Assembly (NCBI GenBank): GCA_963674755.2
Contig: CAXXVS010000002.1
Span: forward strand, 2,336,001-2,400,000
Direction: 5' to 3'
Length of the DNA stretch: 64,000 nt
DNA from: Desulfobacterales bacterium
GTDB lineage: Bacteria; Desulfobacterota; Desulfobacteria; Desulfobacterales; UBA5852
A program made the position numbers and the translations under genes. Under the pieces are notes generated by a model, which had not been told where the DNA came from, did not search any database, and saw nothing but the letters and a program-made list of their open reading frames with translations. This document shows positions 47,122 to 58,231 of this stretch, in pieces. The first letter of the stretch is position 1. Every line of letters starts with the position of its first letter.

Positions 47122-47601
47122 TCACATCAGGTAAAAACCGATGGCCTTGTCCGAGGCATTGCCGGGATCGATGGAAAGAAATTCAGTTCCGAGATCGTAG
47201 CCGGAGATCTTACGAATCACCACTTCCTTCAAAATGGGGGAGCGCTTGTTGTCATCCAGCTTGAAGTCGACCTCCAGGATATCGCCCACGTTCATATGGG
47301 ACGAATCGTTGACCCGAATCAACAAGCCGTTGCGGGACACGTCTTTGACGACCATGGTGCCGCGCCCGGCCCGTCGCTGATTGTAGATCCGCGTAAACGT
47401 GCCGGGCAGGCTGACCGCTTTGCGAAACTGCTGGCGGCGTTCGATCATGACCGGGTAGTCTTTGCCGCAGGTGCAATGGACCTTGATTTTGACGGCCTTC
47501 TCCAAGGCCCTATACTTAGCCACATCCACGGTGCGTGTATATTTGCACTGGGGGCATGAAAAGGTAACTTTGTTGTTGCTGGAGACGAAGGCTTTCTGCA
47601 T
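47122..47601 (-). CDS. PilZ-domain protein with N-terminal zinc ribbon
   Basis: CPQC...CTCG; ERRQQFR and DVSRNG. Confidence 0.88.
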   Translation of the reverse strand: MQKAFVSSNNKVTFSCPQCKYTRTVDVAKYRALEKAVKIKVHCTCGKDYPVMIERRQQFRKAVSLPGTFTRIYNQRRAGRGTMVVKDVSRNGLLIRVNDSSHMNVGDILEVDFKLDDNKRSPILKEVVIRKISGYDLGTEFLSIDPGNASDKAIGFYLM

Positions 47602-47967
47602 AGCGCCGCTCCCGGTCCCGAGGAACCCCTGTTCATTGGCAGTCCGGTTGTTCTTCCGATGAAGACAAGCACCCCTTGGCGATAAGGGTGACAACCGCCG
47701 GCTGCTGGTGCCGTGATACCTCAATTTTAGTAAAATTTTTCAATAGTTAAACTGTATTACAAAAACGTTGGAATTGCAACAGGGCCTCCGGTCTAATTCC
47801 GCTCGCTCTTTGGGTTTTAACGTATCCGGCCAAGAAGTCCGGTCCCGCGGAGACGTTCGCAAAACGGCCGGCAGCCCTGCGCATCGCGCACGCGGGTACA
47901 CCGGCCGTTCGATGAGTAATTCAGCCGGCGGCCGAGAGAAGACACCCCCGGTCCGCTTCAGTCGAAA

Positions 47968-49056
47968 TCACCCGTTGCGTCGGGCAAAGGCTTCCATGAA
48001 AGCCACCAGGGCTTCCACTGCCTGAAGCGACAAAGCATTGTAAATCGAGGCACGGCAGCCCCCCACCGAGCGGTGGCCTTTCAAGCCGCCCAAACCGTTC
48101 TCCAGTGCCTCGGCGACGAACCGCGCCTCCAATTCTTCGCTGGGAAGACGGAAGGTCACGTTCATCAGGGAACGGCTCCCGACCTCGGCTGTGCCGCGGT
48201 AGAACGCCCCACCGTCCAGCAAGTCGTAGAGCAGGGCGGCCTTCTTTTGGTTGAGGGTTTCCATGGCGGCCAGCCCGCCGACGGTCTCCTCCAGCCATTG
48301 CAGCACCAGCTGGATCGTGTAGATGGCAAAGCAGGGGGGCGTATTGTACATGGAATTCTTGGAAGCAAAGGTGGTGTATTTGAGCATGCTGGGCAGGGTG
48401 TCCGGCACCCGCGCCAACATATCGTCGCGGATGATGACGAGGCAAACCCCGGCCGGGCCGATGTTCTTCTGGGCGCCGGCATAGATCAGACCGAAGGGGG
48501 TCACATCGAAGGGACGGCTCATGATGTCGGATGACATGTCGGCCACCAGCGGTACGCCGGCCGTTTCGGGAAAGCGCTGCCATTGGGTGCCCTTGATGGT
48601 GTTGTTGGAGGTGATATGCACGTAAGCGGCTTTGTCGTCCAGGGTCAAATTCCCGGGAATGTAGCTGTAGTTCTTGTCTTCCGAGGACCCCGCCACGTTG
48701 ACGGTCTTGCCCAGGGTGCGGGCCTCTTTGATGGCTTTGGTGGACCATGTGCCGGTATCGACGTAGTCCGCCGAGGCACCCGCCGGCAGGAGATTCATGG
48801 GAATCATGCCGAACTGCATGCTGGCGCCCCCCTGCAGGAAAAGCACCTGGTAGCGGTCATCCAGCTTCAGGAGGCGGCGCAGCCGGGCGATGGTGTCGTT
48901 GATTACGTCGTCGAACCATTTGGAGCGATGGCTGACTTCGGTAATCGACATGCCGGAGCCCTTGAAATCCAGAAAGCCGGCCTGGATTTCCTCCAGGACA
49001 GGCAGGGGCAGGGCCGCCGGTCCGGCATTGAAGTTGTAGATGCGGTGCGTGCTCAT
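47968..49056 (-). CDS. serC: Phosphoserine aminotransferase
   Basis: NFNAGPAALP, SHRS, DMSSD, AGAQKNIGPAG, NTPP, GHRSVGG. Confidence 0.96.
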   Translation of the reverse strand: MSTHRIYNFNAGPAALPLPVLEEIQAGFLDFKGSGMSITEVSHRSKWFDDVINDTIARLRRLLKLDDRYQVLFLQGGASMQFGMIPMNLLPAGASADYVDTGTWSTKAIKEARTLGKTVNVAGSSEDKNYSYIPGNLTLDDKAAYVHITSNNTIKGTQWQRFPETAGVPLVADMSSDIMSRPFDVTPFGLIYAGAQKNIGPAGVCLVIIRDDMLARVPDTLPSMLKYTTFASKNSMYNTPPCFAIYTIQLVLQWLEETVGGLAAMETLNQKKAALLYDLLDGGAFYRGTAEVGSRSLMNVTFRLPSEELEARFVAEALENGLGGLKGHRSVGGCRASIYNALSLQAVEALVAFMEAFARRNG

Positions 49057-49275
49057 GGGTGACCTCCTGCGTCTGTCTCGATCGTCGTTAAGGAATAAAA
49101 AAGAAGTAGATTGATCAAATCCCACGGCAGATGTCAATGAATATGTGCGCAAGCCACCATGGTACCTTTGACAGAACCCGCCAAACCGATTAATAGAGGG
49201 GCACCGCTTGCCAGCCGGCGCCGGCGGTCCTATGATCCCAATGAAACCACGCTTTGCAAGAGGAGAACCAACCGC

Positions 49276-50574
49276 ATGCCTATTTTTCACTACCCGTCAT
49301 CGAGCGCCGAAAAGAAACTGGAGGCCATCAGCCGGCGCAGTTTGTTGTTCCGCCAAAAGGACGTCCAGGCCGTCTCCCGCATCCTCGCGGACGTGCGCCG
49401 CAACAGGGACAAGGCCCTGCTCACCTATTCCCGCCAGTATGACGCCCCGCGTATGACAACCGGCCTTTTGCAGGTATCACCCGAAGATATCCGGGCGGCC
49501 GCCCGGTCCGTCAGCCGACGCTTCAAGACGGCCCTCAAGCGCGCCGTTCAACAGATCGAATCGTTTCATCGCCAGCAATTTCGCAAGTCCTGGGTCGATC
49601 CGGCCCGGGAGGGCGTCTTGCTAGGCCAGCTGTTCCATCCGGTGGACTCCGCCGGCATCTATGTCCCCGGCGGCAAGGGCGGACAGACGCCCCTGGTCTC
49701 CTCCGTTCTGATGGGTGCCATCCCGGCGGGCATTGCCGGAGTGCCGCGCCGCATCATGGTGACCCCGCCCACCCGGGAAGGCGGCGTCAACCCTCATCTG
49801 CTGGCCGCGGCCCATGCCTGCGGCATCGATGCGGTCTACCGCGTCGGCAGCGCCTGGGCCATTGCCGCGCTGGCCTACGGCACCGAAACCATCGCCCCGG
49901 TGGATGTCATCGTGGGCCCCGGCAATCTCTATGTCACTCTGGCCAAAAAGCTTGTGGCCGGCACGGTGGGGATTGACATGGTGGCCGGGCCCAGCGAAAT
50001 TCTGATCATCGCCGACCATTCGGCCGACCCGGAATTCGTGGCCGCCGACATGCTCTCCCAGGCGGAACACGATCCCATGGCGTCGGCCATCCTGCTGGCA
50101 ACGGATCCGGAGCTGGCCCGGGCCGTGGTCGTCGCACTGGAGCGCCAACTGGAGAACCTCGGCCGCCGGGACATCGCCGCGGCCTCCCTCCGGGATTTCG
50201 GCCTTATCATGCACGTGGCCGACCTGAAAACCGCCGTCCAACTGGCCAACCGTATCGCACCGGAGCACCTGGAACTGATGATCGAACGCCCCATGGACCT
50301 GGTGGGCGACATCCGCAACGCCGGCGCGGTCTTTCTGGGCGCCTACACGCCTGAGCCGGTGGGCGACTATATCGCCGGTCCCAATCATGTGCTGCCCACG
50401 GCCGGCACGGCGCGCTTTTCCTCGGCCCTCTCGGTGGACAACTTCATTAAAAAAACCAGCCTGCTCCGCTATACGGACCAGGCCCTCTTCCGGGAAGCCA
50501 ACGATATCATTCAGCTGGCGGAAATCGAGGGACTGGACGCCCATGCCAATGCAGTGCGCCTGCGCCTGAAATGA
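49276..50574 (+). CDS. hisD: Histidinol dehydrogenase
   Basis: YVPGG, GPGNLYV, AGPSE, SQAEHD, APEHL, GDYIAGPNHVLPT. Confidence 0.94.
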   Translation: MPIFHYPSSSAEKKLEAISRRSLLFRQKDVQAVSRILADVRRNRDKALLTYSRQYDAPRMTTGLLQVSPEDIRAAARSVSRRFKTALKRAVQQIESFHRQQFRKSWVDPAREGVLLGQLFHPVDSAGIYVPGGKGGQTPLVSSVLMGAIPAGIAGVPRRIMVTPPTREGGVNPHLLAAAHACGIDAVYRVGSAWAIAALAYGTETIAPVDVIVGPGNLYVTLAKKLVAGTVGIDMVAGPSEILIIADHSADPEFVAADMLSQAEHDPMASAILLATDPELARAVVVALERQLENLGRRDIAAASLRDFGLIMHVADLKTAVQLANRIAPEHLELMIERPMDLVGDIRNAGAVFLGAYTPEPVGDYIAGPNHVLPTAGTARFSSALSVDNFIKKTSLLRYTDQALFREANDIIQLAEIEGLDAHANAVRLRLK

Positions 50575-50602
50575 ACCGGTCTCCACGGAACCCGGCCGGC
50601 CG

Positions 50603-51478
50603 CTAACAAAGGACCAGCCCGGCGACGCCTCCTGCGATCATGAGGACCCCCGCCGCTCGGGCGGGGGAGATGCGTTCCTTCAATATAAGGCCGCCCGCCA
50701 GCGTGCTGAACAAGATACCGACATTGCGCCCGGCGGCCACATGGGTAACATTGCCGAATTGCAGCGCCACCATGATCAGCAGGTACGTCAGGGGCGTGCA
50801 GGCTCCCACGATAAGGACGCCGCGGCGATTGGTGTGCCATTCCAGGGCCAGCGGGTGCTCGTTGGGGGAGACCAGCAGGACGTAGGCACTAATGAAGAAC
50901 GCCAGGAAAGCGTGCATAACCAGAAGATACGCCAGGGGCGAGGGCGGCTGCGCCGCCATCATGACCTTCCGGTCAACCAGGTGGTAGCCCGCGATGGCCG
51001 CCCCGGTGGCCAGCGCAAACAGGATCCCGGCCTGATTCATCGTGGTGGGGCCCTTGGCGTTGGTTGACATCGCAACGCCGATTATTCCTACCAGAATCAC
51101 GGCCACCAGGAGAGAATGAAACGCGGATATCGTGTCTCCAATCAAGAGCCCGCCCAAGATCATCGTGAAAACAGGCGCTACGCCACGACTGAGGGGATAT
51201 ACGACGGAGAGATCGCTGCTGCGATAGGCCCTGAAAAGAAAAACGGTGTACAGGGCCTCGAAGAAGCCGGACAGGGCGGCCAGGCCCCAAAAGGCGACCG
51301 GTTGTGAGAAGCAGGCCCGCCCCGCCAGAAGTAACCCGAGGGGCAGCACCAATAAGAAGCTGACCAACGAGGTCAGCAGAGCGAAGGCGGCTTTGTCGCG
51401 ACAGGTCTTGACCAGAGCGTTCCAGAGGACGTGCAGGGCGGCCGATGCCGCCACCAGGGCGAAAACAGAGAGAGACAT
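50603..51478 (-). CDS. EamA/DMT transporter, last gene of taurine cluster
   Basis: SDLSVVYPLSRG; about 10 TMs. Confidence 0.85.
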   Translation of the reverse strand: MSLSVFALVAASAALHVLWNALVKTCRDKAAFALLTSLVSFLLVLPLGLLLAGRACFSQPVAFWGLAALSGFFEALYTVFLFRAYRSSDLSVVYPLSRGVAPVFTMILGGLLIGDTISAFHSLLVAVILVGIIGVAMSTNAKGPTTMNQAGILFALATGAAIAGYHLVDRKVMMAAQPPSPLAYLLVMHAFLAFFISAYVLLVSPNEHPLALEWHTNRRGVLIVGACTPLTYLLIMVALQFGNVTHVAAGRNVGILFSTLAGGLILKERISPARAAGVLMIAGGVAGLVLC

Positions 51479-51563
51479 GGCTACCGACTAACCGATGATG
51501 AGCGTACAAACAACACCGGCACCACCCCCGGAGGGCGATGCCGGTGTTGATCCGGACCTGCCG

Positions 51564-52676
51564 TCAAATCAGGGTACCGGCATCCACGTAGTCCAGCCCG
51601 AAGGCCTCGGCCACCCCCCGGAAGGTCACCTTGCCGTCCACGATGTTCAACCCCAGCCGGATTTCCTTGTTCTCCACACTGGCCCGCTGCCAGCCCTTGT
51701 TGGCGATCTCCACCGCGTAGGGCAAGGTCGCGTTGGTCAGCGCCAGGGTTGAGGTCTTGGCCACCGCCCCGGGCATGTTGGCCACGCAGTATACCAGGAC
51801 CCCATCCTGCGTGAACACCGGGTCGGTGTGGGTCGTGGCCCGTGAACATTCGAAGCAGCCCCCCTGGTCGATGGCCACATCCACCAGCACCGCCCCCTTC
51901 TTCATGTCCTTGAGCATGTCGTTGGTCACCAAACGCGGCGCCTTGGCCCCGGGAATCAGCACCGCGCCCACCACCAGGTCGGCCTCCTTCAGAAGCGCGC
52001 GAATGGTGGCCGGGCTCGACATCAACGGAAAGCAGTTGGGCGGCATGACGTCGCTCAAATACCGCAGACGGTTGAGGCTCATATCCAGGATATACACCTT
52101 GGCCCCCAGACCGCAGGCCATCTTGGCCGCATTGGTACCCACCACGCCACCGCCGATGATCACCACCGTGGCCGGATCCACGCCCGGCACCCCGCTCAGC
52201 AAGACCCCCTGACCGCCCTGGGGCATCTCCAGGTATTTGGCCCCTTCCTGGATCGCCATACGCCCCGCCACTTCGCTCATGGGCGTCAAAAGTGGCAGGG
52301 AGCGATCCGCCTTCTGGATGGTCTCATAGGCGATGCCGATGCAACCGCTCTTGAGCATGGCATGGGTCAGTTCCTCGGCCGCCGCCAGGTGCAGATAGGT
52401 GAAGACAATCTGCCCCGGCCGGATCAGGTCGTATTCCGAGGGCAGGGGTTCCTTGACATGCATCACCATCGCGGCGCGCTCGTAAACCTCCTGGGGGGTG
52501 GCCACTATCTCGGCCCCGGCCGCCGCATAGGCATCATCGGCAAACCCGCTGCCGATGCCGGCCCCCTTTTCCACCAGCACCGCATGGCCGTTCATCTTCA
52601 TCACTTCCACACCGGCCGGCGTCATGCACACCCGGTTCTCTTCCGTCTTGATCTCTTTCAGTATCCCGACGATCAT
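51564..52676 (-). CDS. ald: Alanine dehydrogenase
   Basis: KEIKTEENRV, FTYLHLAA, PMSEVAGR, GGGVVG, DQGGC, VANMPGAV. Confidence 0.96.
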   Translation of the reverse strand: MIVGILKEIKTEENRVCMTPAGVEVMKMNGHAVLVEKGAGIGSGFADDAYAAAGAEIVATPQEVYERAAMVMHVKEPLPSEYDLIRPGQIVFTYLHLAAAEELTHAMLKSGCIGIAYETIQKADRSLPLLTPMSEVAGRMAIQEGAKYLEMPQGGQGVLLSGVPGVDPATVVIIGGGVVGTNAAKMACGLGAKVYILDMSLNRLRYLSDVMPPNCFPLMSSPATIRALLKEADLVVGAVLIPGAKAPRLVTNDMLKDMKKGAVLVDVAIDQGGCFECSRATTHTDPVFTQDGVLVYCVANMPGAVAKTSTLALTNATLPYAVEIANKGWQRASVENKEIRLGLNIVDGKVTFRGVAEAFGLDYVDAGTLI

Positions 52677-52749
52677 GATGTCCTCCCATCAAATAGTGTT
52701 TCCGCTGTCTGGTTTTAACAGGTGTCCGGTAGGCGATCAAATCCTTTTG

Positions 52750-54144
52750 TCAAAATTTCTCAAGAGCCGCCTTGACCGCGGCCACGATACGATCGATGTC
52801 TTCCCGGGTGGCGATCAGGGCCGGCGCAAAATTCATGATGGTGTTATTGCCCGGCAGGCTGCTGTTGGTTCGCCCCACCAGGACGCCCTCCTGGGCCACC
52901 AGCCCCATGATGCGACCCATCTCCGCTTCCGAAATGGGCGTCTTGGCCGCCTTGTCTTTGACGAACTCGAGACCGGCGAACAATCCCATGCCGCGTACGT
53001 CACCCACCAGGGGCATTTCGGACAGCGTCTGGAGCTGCTCCAGCAGGTACTGCCCCATGACCCGGCTGTTCTCCACCAGGTTTTCTTCCTCGATGATGCG
53101 CGTGCTTTCCAGGGCGGCCGCCGTGGCACCGGCACACCCGCCGTACGTGCTGATGTCGCGGAAAAAATTCATGCGCTGATGCTCATCGGACGGATCGCAC
53201 AGGAATTTGGCATAGATCTCCTCTTTGACCACGGTCGCCGATAGGGGCATGTAGGAGCTGGCCAGCCCCTTGGCCATGGTAATCATCTCCGGATCCACGT
53301 CGTATTGTTCATGCCCCCAGAACTTGCCGGTGCGCCCGAAACCGCAGACCACCTCGTCCATGATCAGGTAGATGCCGTACTTACGGCAAATCGCCTGCAG
53401 GATGGGATAGTATTCCTTCACCGGCGGAATGATCCCGCCGCCGGCGACGATAGGCTCCACGATGCAGCCGCCGATGGTGTCCGGCCCTTCCTTGAGGATA
53501 ACCTCTTCGACGCAGCGGGCGCATTCGATGTTGCAATCCGGGTAGGTGCGATCAAAGGCACACCGGTAGCAGCAGGCATGAGGAAACTCTACGAACCCTT
53601 CGGCGAAGGGACCGAAATCCTGTTTGCGTTCCATCTGACCGGTGGCGCTGAGCGCCCCGATCGTCGTACCGTGATAGTCCCGGTCACGGAAGAGGATCTT
53701 GTATTTGCCCTTGCGGGAGGGATCGATGTGCGATAGCTGGCGAACGATTTTAAAGGCTTTTTCATTGGCCTCGGAACCGCTGTTGGAAAAAAAGACTTTC
53801 TGCAGGCGCGGCAGCAGTTCCACCAGTTTGGCCGCAAATTTGATGGTCGGAATATTGCCCACCGTACCGGCATAGTAGCCCAGGGCCACCAGTTGGTCAT
53901 AGACCGCCTTGGCCACGCTTTCACGCCCGTGGCCGACCATGACGCTCCAGACCCCGCCGGAAGTGGCATCCAGGTACTCGCGACCGTGGATATCCTTGAC
54001 GGTCAACCCCTGCCCTTCCACGATAATCATCTGCTCAGCGCTCTGAAATACCTTGTGGGGTTTGATGTGGTGCCAGAGAAAATCCCGGTCGCTCTGGACC
54101 ATCGCTTCCACATCGTAGGCCAACCAATTCGTCGTGGCATTCAT
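52750..54144 (-). CDS. tpa: Taurine:pyruvate aminotransferase (class III)
   Basis: LDATSGGVW, SNSGSEANEKAFK, RDYHGTT, DEVVCGFGRTG, TMAKG, FRDISTYGGC; context with ald and xsc. Confidence 0.87.
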   Translation of the reverse strand: MNATTNWLAYDVEAMVQSDRDFLWHHIKPHKVFQSAEQMIIVEGQGLTVKDIHGREYLDATSGGVWSVMVGHGRESVAKAVYDQLVALGYYAGTVGNIPTIKFAAKLVELLPRLQKVFFSNSGSEANEKAFKIVRQLSHIDPSRKGKYKILFRDRDYHGTTIGALSATGQMERKQDFGPFAEGFVEFPHACCYRCAFDRTYPDCNIECARCVEEVILKEGPDTIGGCIVEPIVAGGGIIPPVKEYYPILQAICRKYGIYLIMDEVVCGFGRTGKFWGHEQYDVDPEMITMAKGLASSYMPLSATVVKEEIYAKFLCDPSDEHQRMNFFRDISTYGGCAGATAAALESTRIIEEENLVENSRVMGQYLLEQLQTLSEMPLVGDVRGMGLFAGLEFVKDKAAKTPISEAEMGRIMGLVAQEGVLVGRTNSSLPGNNTIMNFAPALIATREDIDRIVAAVKAALEKF

Positions 54145-54179
54145 TGTTCAACGCCTCCTTCTTAGTTAGACGACAATGA

Positions 54180-54200
54180 ATTGATATCTGATATATCAAT
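54180..54200. promoter_or_regulatory. Candidate GntR operator upstream of tpa
   Basis: ATTGATATCTGATATATCAAT; shares TCTGATAyATCA with 63217-63232. Confidence 0.6.
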
Positions 54201-54262
54201 TTTAAAAGAAAAAAAGATCTACCATTCTTCTGTCATATATATTCCGGTCTTTAAAAAACCTG

Positions 54263-55036
54263 CTAAAGAACAAGCTCGGAAGCGTCGGTAATGGTCTGGC
54301 GCAATTTAAGGAAGTCCATATCGGTGTGCTCCCGGGGACGGGGCAGATCGATGGGGTAGACGGCATCCATGACACCGGGCAGTTTGTTCTTGAGGGTGAC
54401 GATGCGGTCCCCCAGATAGATGGCTTCGTCGATATTGTTGGTGACGAAAATGACGGTGCGCTTGTCGGTCTGCCAGATGCGCTCGATCTCCTTTTCCATG
54501 AAGATCCTGGTCTGGGCGTCGAGCTGGCCGTAAGGTTCGTCGAGCAGCATGACCTCCGGGTTGTTGGCAAAGGCACGGGCGATGCCGACGCGTTGTTTCA
54601 TGCCGCCGCTCAACTGGTGGGGAAAATGTTTTTCGAATCCCTTGAGGCCCACCAGATCGATATAGTGCTGGGCGATCTTGCGACGCTCCTCTTTGCCCAC
54701 GCCCCGTAGCTTGGGTCCCATTTCCACATTGCCGATGACGGTGCGCCAGGCAAAGAGCATGTAGGTTTGAAACACCAGGCCCCTGTCAGGGCCGGGTTTT
54801 TTGATGACTGCGCCGTCCAGCCGCACCTCGCCTTCGCTGGGCGTTTCCAGACCGGCGATGATGCGCAAGAGCGTACTTTTGCCGCACTGACCGGGCCCCA
54901 GAATGACCAGGAACTCATTGTCCCGGACCTCCAGATTGATGTCCTCCAGCACGTGCACCCGCTGGGTGCCTTTCTGGATGAAGGTTTTGCTGATATGCTG
55001 GCAGATAATTTTGGGTTTGCTGCTTTGTTCGGCCAC
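54263..55036 (-). CDS. ABC ATPase (TauB/SsuB-like) 2
   Basis: GPGQCGKS, LSGGMKQR, LDEPYG. Confidence 0.9.
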   Translation of the reverse strand: MAEQSSKPKIICQHISKTFIQKGTQRVHVLEDINLEVRDNEFLVILGPGQCGKSTLLRIIAGLETPSEGEVRLDGAVIKKPGPDRGLVFQTYMLFAWRTVIGNVEMGPKLRGVGKEERRKIAQHYIDLVGLKGFEKHFPHQLSGGMKQRVGIARAFANNPEVMLLDEPYGQLDAQTRIFMEKEIERIWQTDKRTVIFVTNNIDEAIYLGDRIVTLKNKLPGVMDAVYPIDLPRPREHTDMDFLKLRQTITDASELVL

Positions 55037-55111
55037 CGCTAATCCTTCCCTGCACTTTAGTCCTGGTCGTTGTTACCGCTGCCGGACATGCTGCCCGGCC
55101 CCCTGCCCCTG

Positions 55112-55957
55112 CTAAAGATCCCGAATGGAGCGCCGCCATGGACAAAGAAGTTTTTCCAGGCCCGCGATGGCCAGGCTCGTTCCCCAGGCCACGATGGCGA
55201 TGATGGCCATCCCCCCCAGCACCAGCTCGGGTTTGGTCAGTTTCATGCCGCGGATGATGATCCATCCCATGCCGGAACGGGCGCTGACCAATTCGGCGGC
55301 CAGCACGCAGGTCCAGGCGATGCTCAGCGAGATCTGCAACCCAGCAAAGAGCGCCGGAAGGGCGGCCGGAAAACTCACCTGAAAAATTTCATGCCAACGA
55401 TTGCCCCCCAGCACACGGACGACATCGTAAAGCTCTTCATCGATAATGCGGATGCCGTTGTAAGCGTTGAGCAGACAGGGCACAAGGGAGCCGATGAAGA
55501 TGATGAAGACTTTGGAGGGCTCGCCGATACCGAACCAGAGAATGGCAATCGAGATCCAGGCAATGGGCGGCATGGGTTTGAACAGGTCGAAGACCGGCTT
55601 GACGAAGGCATTCACATAACGATTGAGCGCCATGAAAAGCCCCAGCGGCACCCCGATGAGCGCGCCCAGGGAAAATCCGATCAGGATGCGGTGGGCGCTC
55701 GCCCAAATATGCCCCCACAGGGTTTTGCCCGCCAGCTTGAGGTGGGTCATGCGGATCAACTCCAGGACGACCTCGTAAGGCGTCGCCAAGGATTTACCGA
55801 GCAGCTTGGTTGCCGCCACATAGTGCCAGATCGAAAAAAAAGCCACCAGGGAGACGCCGTAAAGAAAGTACTCGTTGGTGATCAAGCGCATGATGCTGAA
55901 GGGCTTGCGTTCCTTGGTCTGAACAATGATTTCGTTCGCTACCGATCTGTCAACCAC
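55112..55957 (-). CDS. ABC permease (TauC-like) 2
   Basis: KPMPPIAW, LAAELVSA; GTG start after GGAGG. Confidence 0.88.
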   Translation of the reverse strand: MVDRSVANEIIVQTKERKPFSIMRLITNEYFLYGVSLVAFFSIWHYVAATKLLGKSLATPYEVVLELIRMTHLKLAGKTLWGHIWASAHRILIGFSLGALIGVPLGLFMALNRYVNAFVKPVFDLFKPMPPIAWISIAILWFGIGEPSKVFIIFIGSLVPCLLNAYNGIRIIDEELYDVVRVLGGNRWHEIFQVSFPAALPALFAGLQISLSIAWTCVLAAELVSARSGMGWIIIRGMKLTKPELVLGGMAIIAIVAWGTSLAIAGLEKLLCPWRRSIRDL

Positions 55958-55962
55958 GGGGC

Positions 55963-56757
55963 TTACCTCCTGATCCACGCTAAAAGGCGTCTTTCCGCCA
56001 TATCCACAAAAACGCCGATGAGGGCGCCGCCGAGACCGACGGTCACCATACCCAGCACCACCATATCCGGCAGGGCCAGCCGCCGGCCCATGCTGATGAG
56101 ATAACCGAGGCCCTGATCGGCCGCCAGCAGTTCCGCACCCACCAGGTTGGTCCAGCAATAGGCCAGAGCGATCTGCAGGGCCCCGAACACCATGGGCAGG
56201 GCCGACGGGATGCAGATCTGGGTGAAAATCTGCCAGTCGCTGGCCCCGTACGTACGCGCCATTTGGATAAAGGTGGGGTTGGTCATGCTCACGCCAACCC
56301 AGGAATTGATGACGAAGGGCACGATACCGGCAATCCAAATGATGAAAACTTTGCCCCAGATGCCGATGCCGAACCAGAAAATGCACAGGGGAATCCATGC
56401 AATGGGGGGAATCGGGCGAATAATCTCGAAAACAGGTCGGGCCAGACCGCGGACCACGGTGAACCACCCCATGGCAAGCCCCAGGGGGACTCCCATCACC
56501 AGCGCCAGAAGATAGGCGGTGACGGCCTCTTTGGCACTAACCCAGGCGTGGACCGCCAATATGGCACCATCCGGATTCGGATCGGTCAGCTTGACAAAAA
56601 ACAGCTTGATCACCTGGATCGGACTGGCCAGCATGGTGGACGGAACGATATCCGTGGCCACGAGCAACTGCCAGCCCAGGAAAAAGAGGGCCAAACTGGA
56701 GAGGGAGAGAACCCTCAGGATGATCGGTGTCTGGGCCTTTACCTGTTCATAGGCCAT
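55963..56757 (-). CDS. ABC permease (TauC-like) 1
   Basis: RPIPPIAWIPL, VGAELLAADQGLG. Confidence 0.88.
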   Translation of the reverse strand: MAYEQVKAQTPIILRVLSLSSLALFFLGWQLLVATDIVPSTMLASPIQVIKLFFVKLTDPNPDGAILAVHAWVSAKEAVTAYLLALVMGVPLGLAMGWFTVVRGLARPVFEIIRPIPPIAWIPLCIFWFGIGIWGKVFIIWIAGIVPFVINSWVGVSMTNPTFIQMARTYGASDWQIFTQICIPSALPMVFGALQIALAYCWTNLVGAELLAADQGLGYLISMGRRLALPDMVVLGMVTVGLGGALIGVFVDMAERRLLAWIRR

Positions 56758-56986
56758 TTCGGACCTCACTCTCTGGGTTGAACCGGGCGGGACCGTCCAG
56801 CGAAGGGATCCTTCACCGACGCGTCCGCTTGCCGCAACAAGGTTACAGTCTGCTCCAAGGCTGGGGACCGCCGTTGGTGGCACTCGCCATCATGGTGCTT
56901 ACCGGGGTCCCCGCGCTTCGCATGCCATCGCTATCCGGCCGGATGCGGCGCAACGGCCGCGCCCGGCCGGACCCGGGGGCCTATGG

Positions 56987-58075
56987 TTACTTATAGCTGG
57001 GGATGGGGGTTTTCACCATCTTCAGGTATTTGTCAGTGATCCAATCGCCCTTGGACACCTTGTCCAGCTCTTCCTTGGTGATGCGGCCGTTGGCATACAG
57101 CAGCAACTCGGCAATGGTGCGTTCCCAGCGCTGAACGGTGCTTTCGCCGTTGGAGGTATCGAACAGTTTCAACTGCTCTTCCAGGGTCCAGACCGGATGC
57201 ATTTCGATGTCCTTCTTGGCCTGCTCATAAGAGTACTCCATGCCGGCCCATTCCTGATACATGCGCTGAAAGAGTTTGATGTTCTCGTCGGTAGCGCCTT
57301 CCTCCTTGAGCTTGTTGATGCCCCGGAACATGATCCGCAGGAATTTGGCCACCACCTCCGGATTCTTTTCACAGTACTCTTTGTCGCCCACGAAGGTGAT
57401 GGGCAGGGCGGCGCCGGCCTTGGCGACGTTGGAGACTTCGATCCAGCCGTTGGACTCGGCCTGATAGCTGTAGGGTGCCCACAGGCAGGCAAAATCGCCG
57501 ATGCCGGATTCGAAAGCCGCCATGATGGAGGCCTGGTCCATCTGTTTCACGACCACATCGCTGTCCTTCAGGCCCAGCGCATTGAGGTAGGTGCTCATGG
57601 CAAAGTGGGCCGATGAGGCCGTCGTCACCAGAAAGGTCTTGCCCTTGACCTCTTCAGCTGTGCCGTAGATTTCCGGATAGTCGGGATAGGCCCCTTTGGT
57701 TTTGACAAAAGCGCTGTCGGGCCGCGCAAACACCGTGTTGAGATAAGACTCGTTGTTGCCGAGTCCGATCAGGGGCGCACCGTAGCGCAGGGCCCCCAGG
57801 ACATGGGGCACGCCGCCCGTAGCACCCAAAACCCACTGTTTGGCAGGCAGGGCTTCGAGTTCCTGCATGCCGCTTTCAAAGTAGAGCAGCTCCAGATCGA
57901 GCCCCTCTTCCTTGTCCCAGCCCTTCTCTTTGGCGTACCAGGCGAAGAAGAGTTCATGCTCCGGCATCCAGCAGGTGGGCACTTTGATCAAATCTTTGGC
58001 CATCACCATGCCGGCGCCTGCTAAAATGAATACAACGGTCAAAACCAGGGCCACTACGCTGACATAACGTTTCAT
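56987..58075 (-). CDS. ABC substrate-binding protein (TauA/SsuA-like)
   Basis: Signal peptide, EEGLD, KGKT, SSAHF, WAPY. Confidence 0.87.
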   Translation of the reverse strand: MKRYVSVVALVLTVVFILAGAGMVMAKDLIKVPTCWMPEHELFFAWYAKEKGWDKEEGLDLELLYFESGMQELEALPAKQWVLGATGGVPHVLGALRYGAPLIGLGNNESYLNTVFARPDSAFVKTKGAYPDYPEIYGTAEEVKGKTFLVTTASSAHFAMSTYLNALGLKDSDVVVKQMDQASIMAAFESGIGDFACLWAPYSYQAESNGWIEVSNVAKAGAALPITFVGDKEYCEKNPEVVAKFLRIMFRGINKLKEEGATDENIKLFQRMYQEWAGMEYSYEQAKKDIEMHPVWTLEEQLKLFDTSNGESTVQRWERTIAELLLYANGRITKEELDKVSKGDWITDKYLKMVKTPIPSYK

Positions 58076-58231
58076 GCGTCTCCTCCTTGTTTATCCTAAG
58101 ACAGTTGGAATTCCTGCAACGGTCTGCGCCTCCTAAATACCTCTCCCGCGATGCCGGTTAAGTGCTGCGCGTCCTCCTTTCTGATCCAGCGATTTGGATG
58201 CCCGCCTGACCCCCCTTATCCGCCGGGTCCG

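Noticed and set aside
49276..50574. hisD as HpsN (sulfopropanediol dehydrogenase) because it abuts a sulfonate cluster
   Set aside because: Canonical HisD motifs (AGPSE, QAEHD, GDYIAGPNH); opposite strand to the cluster
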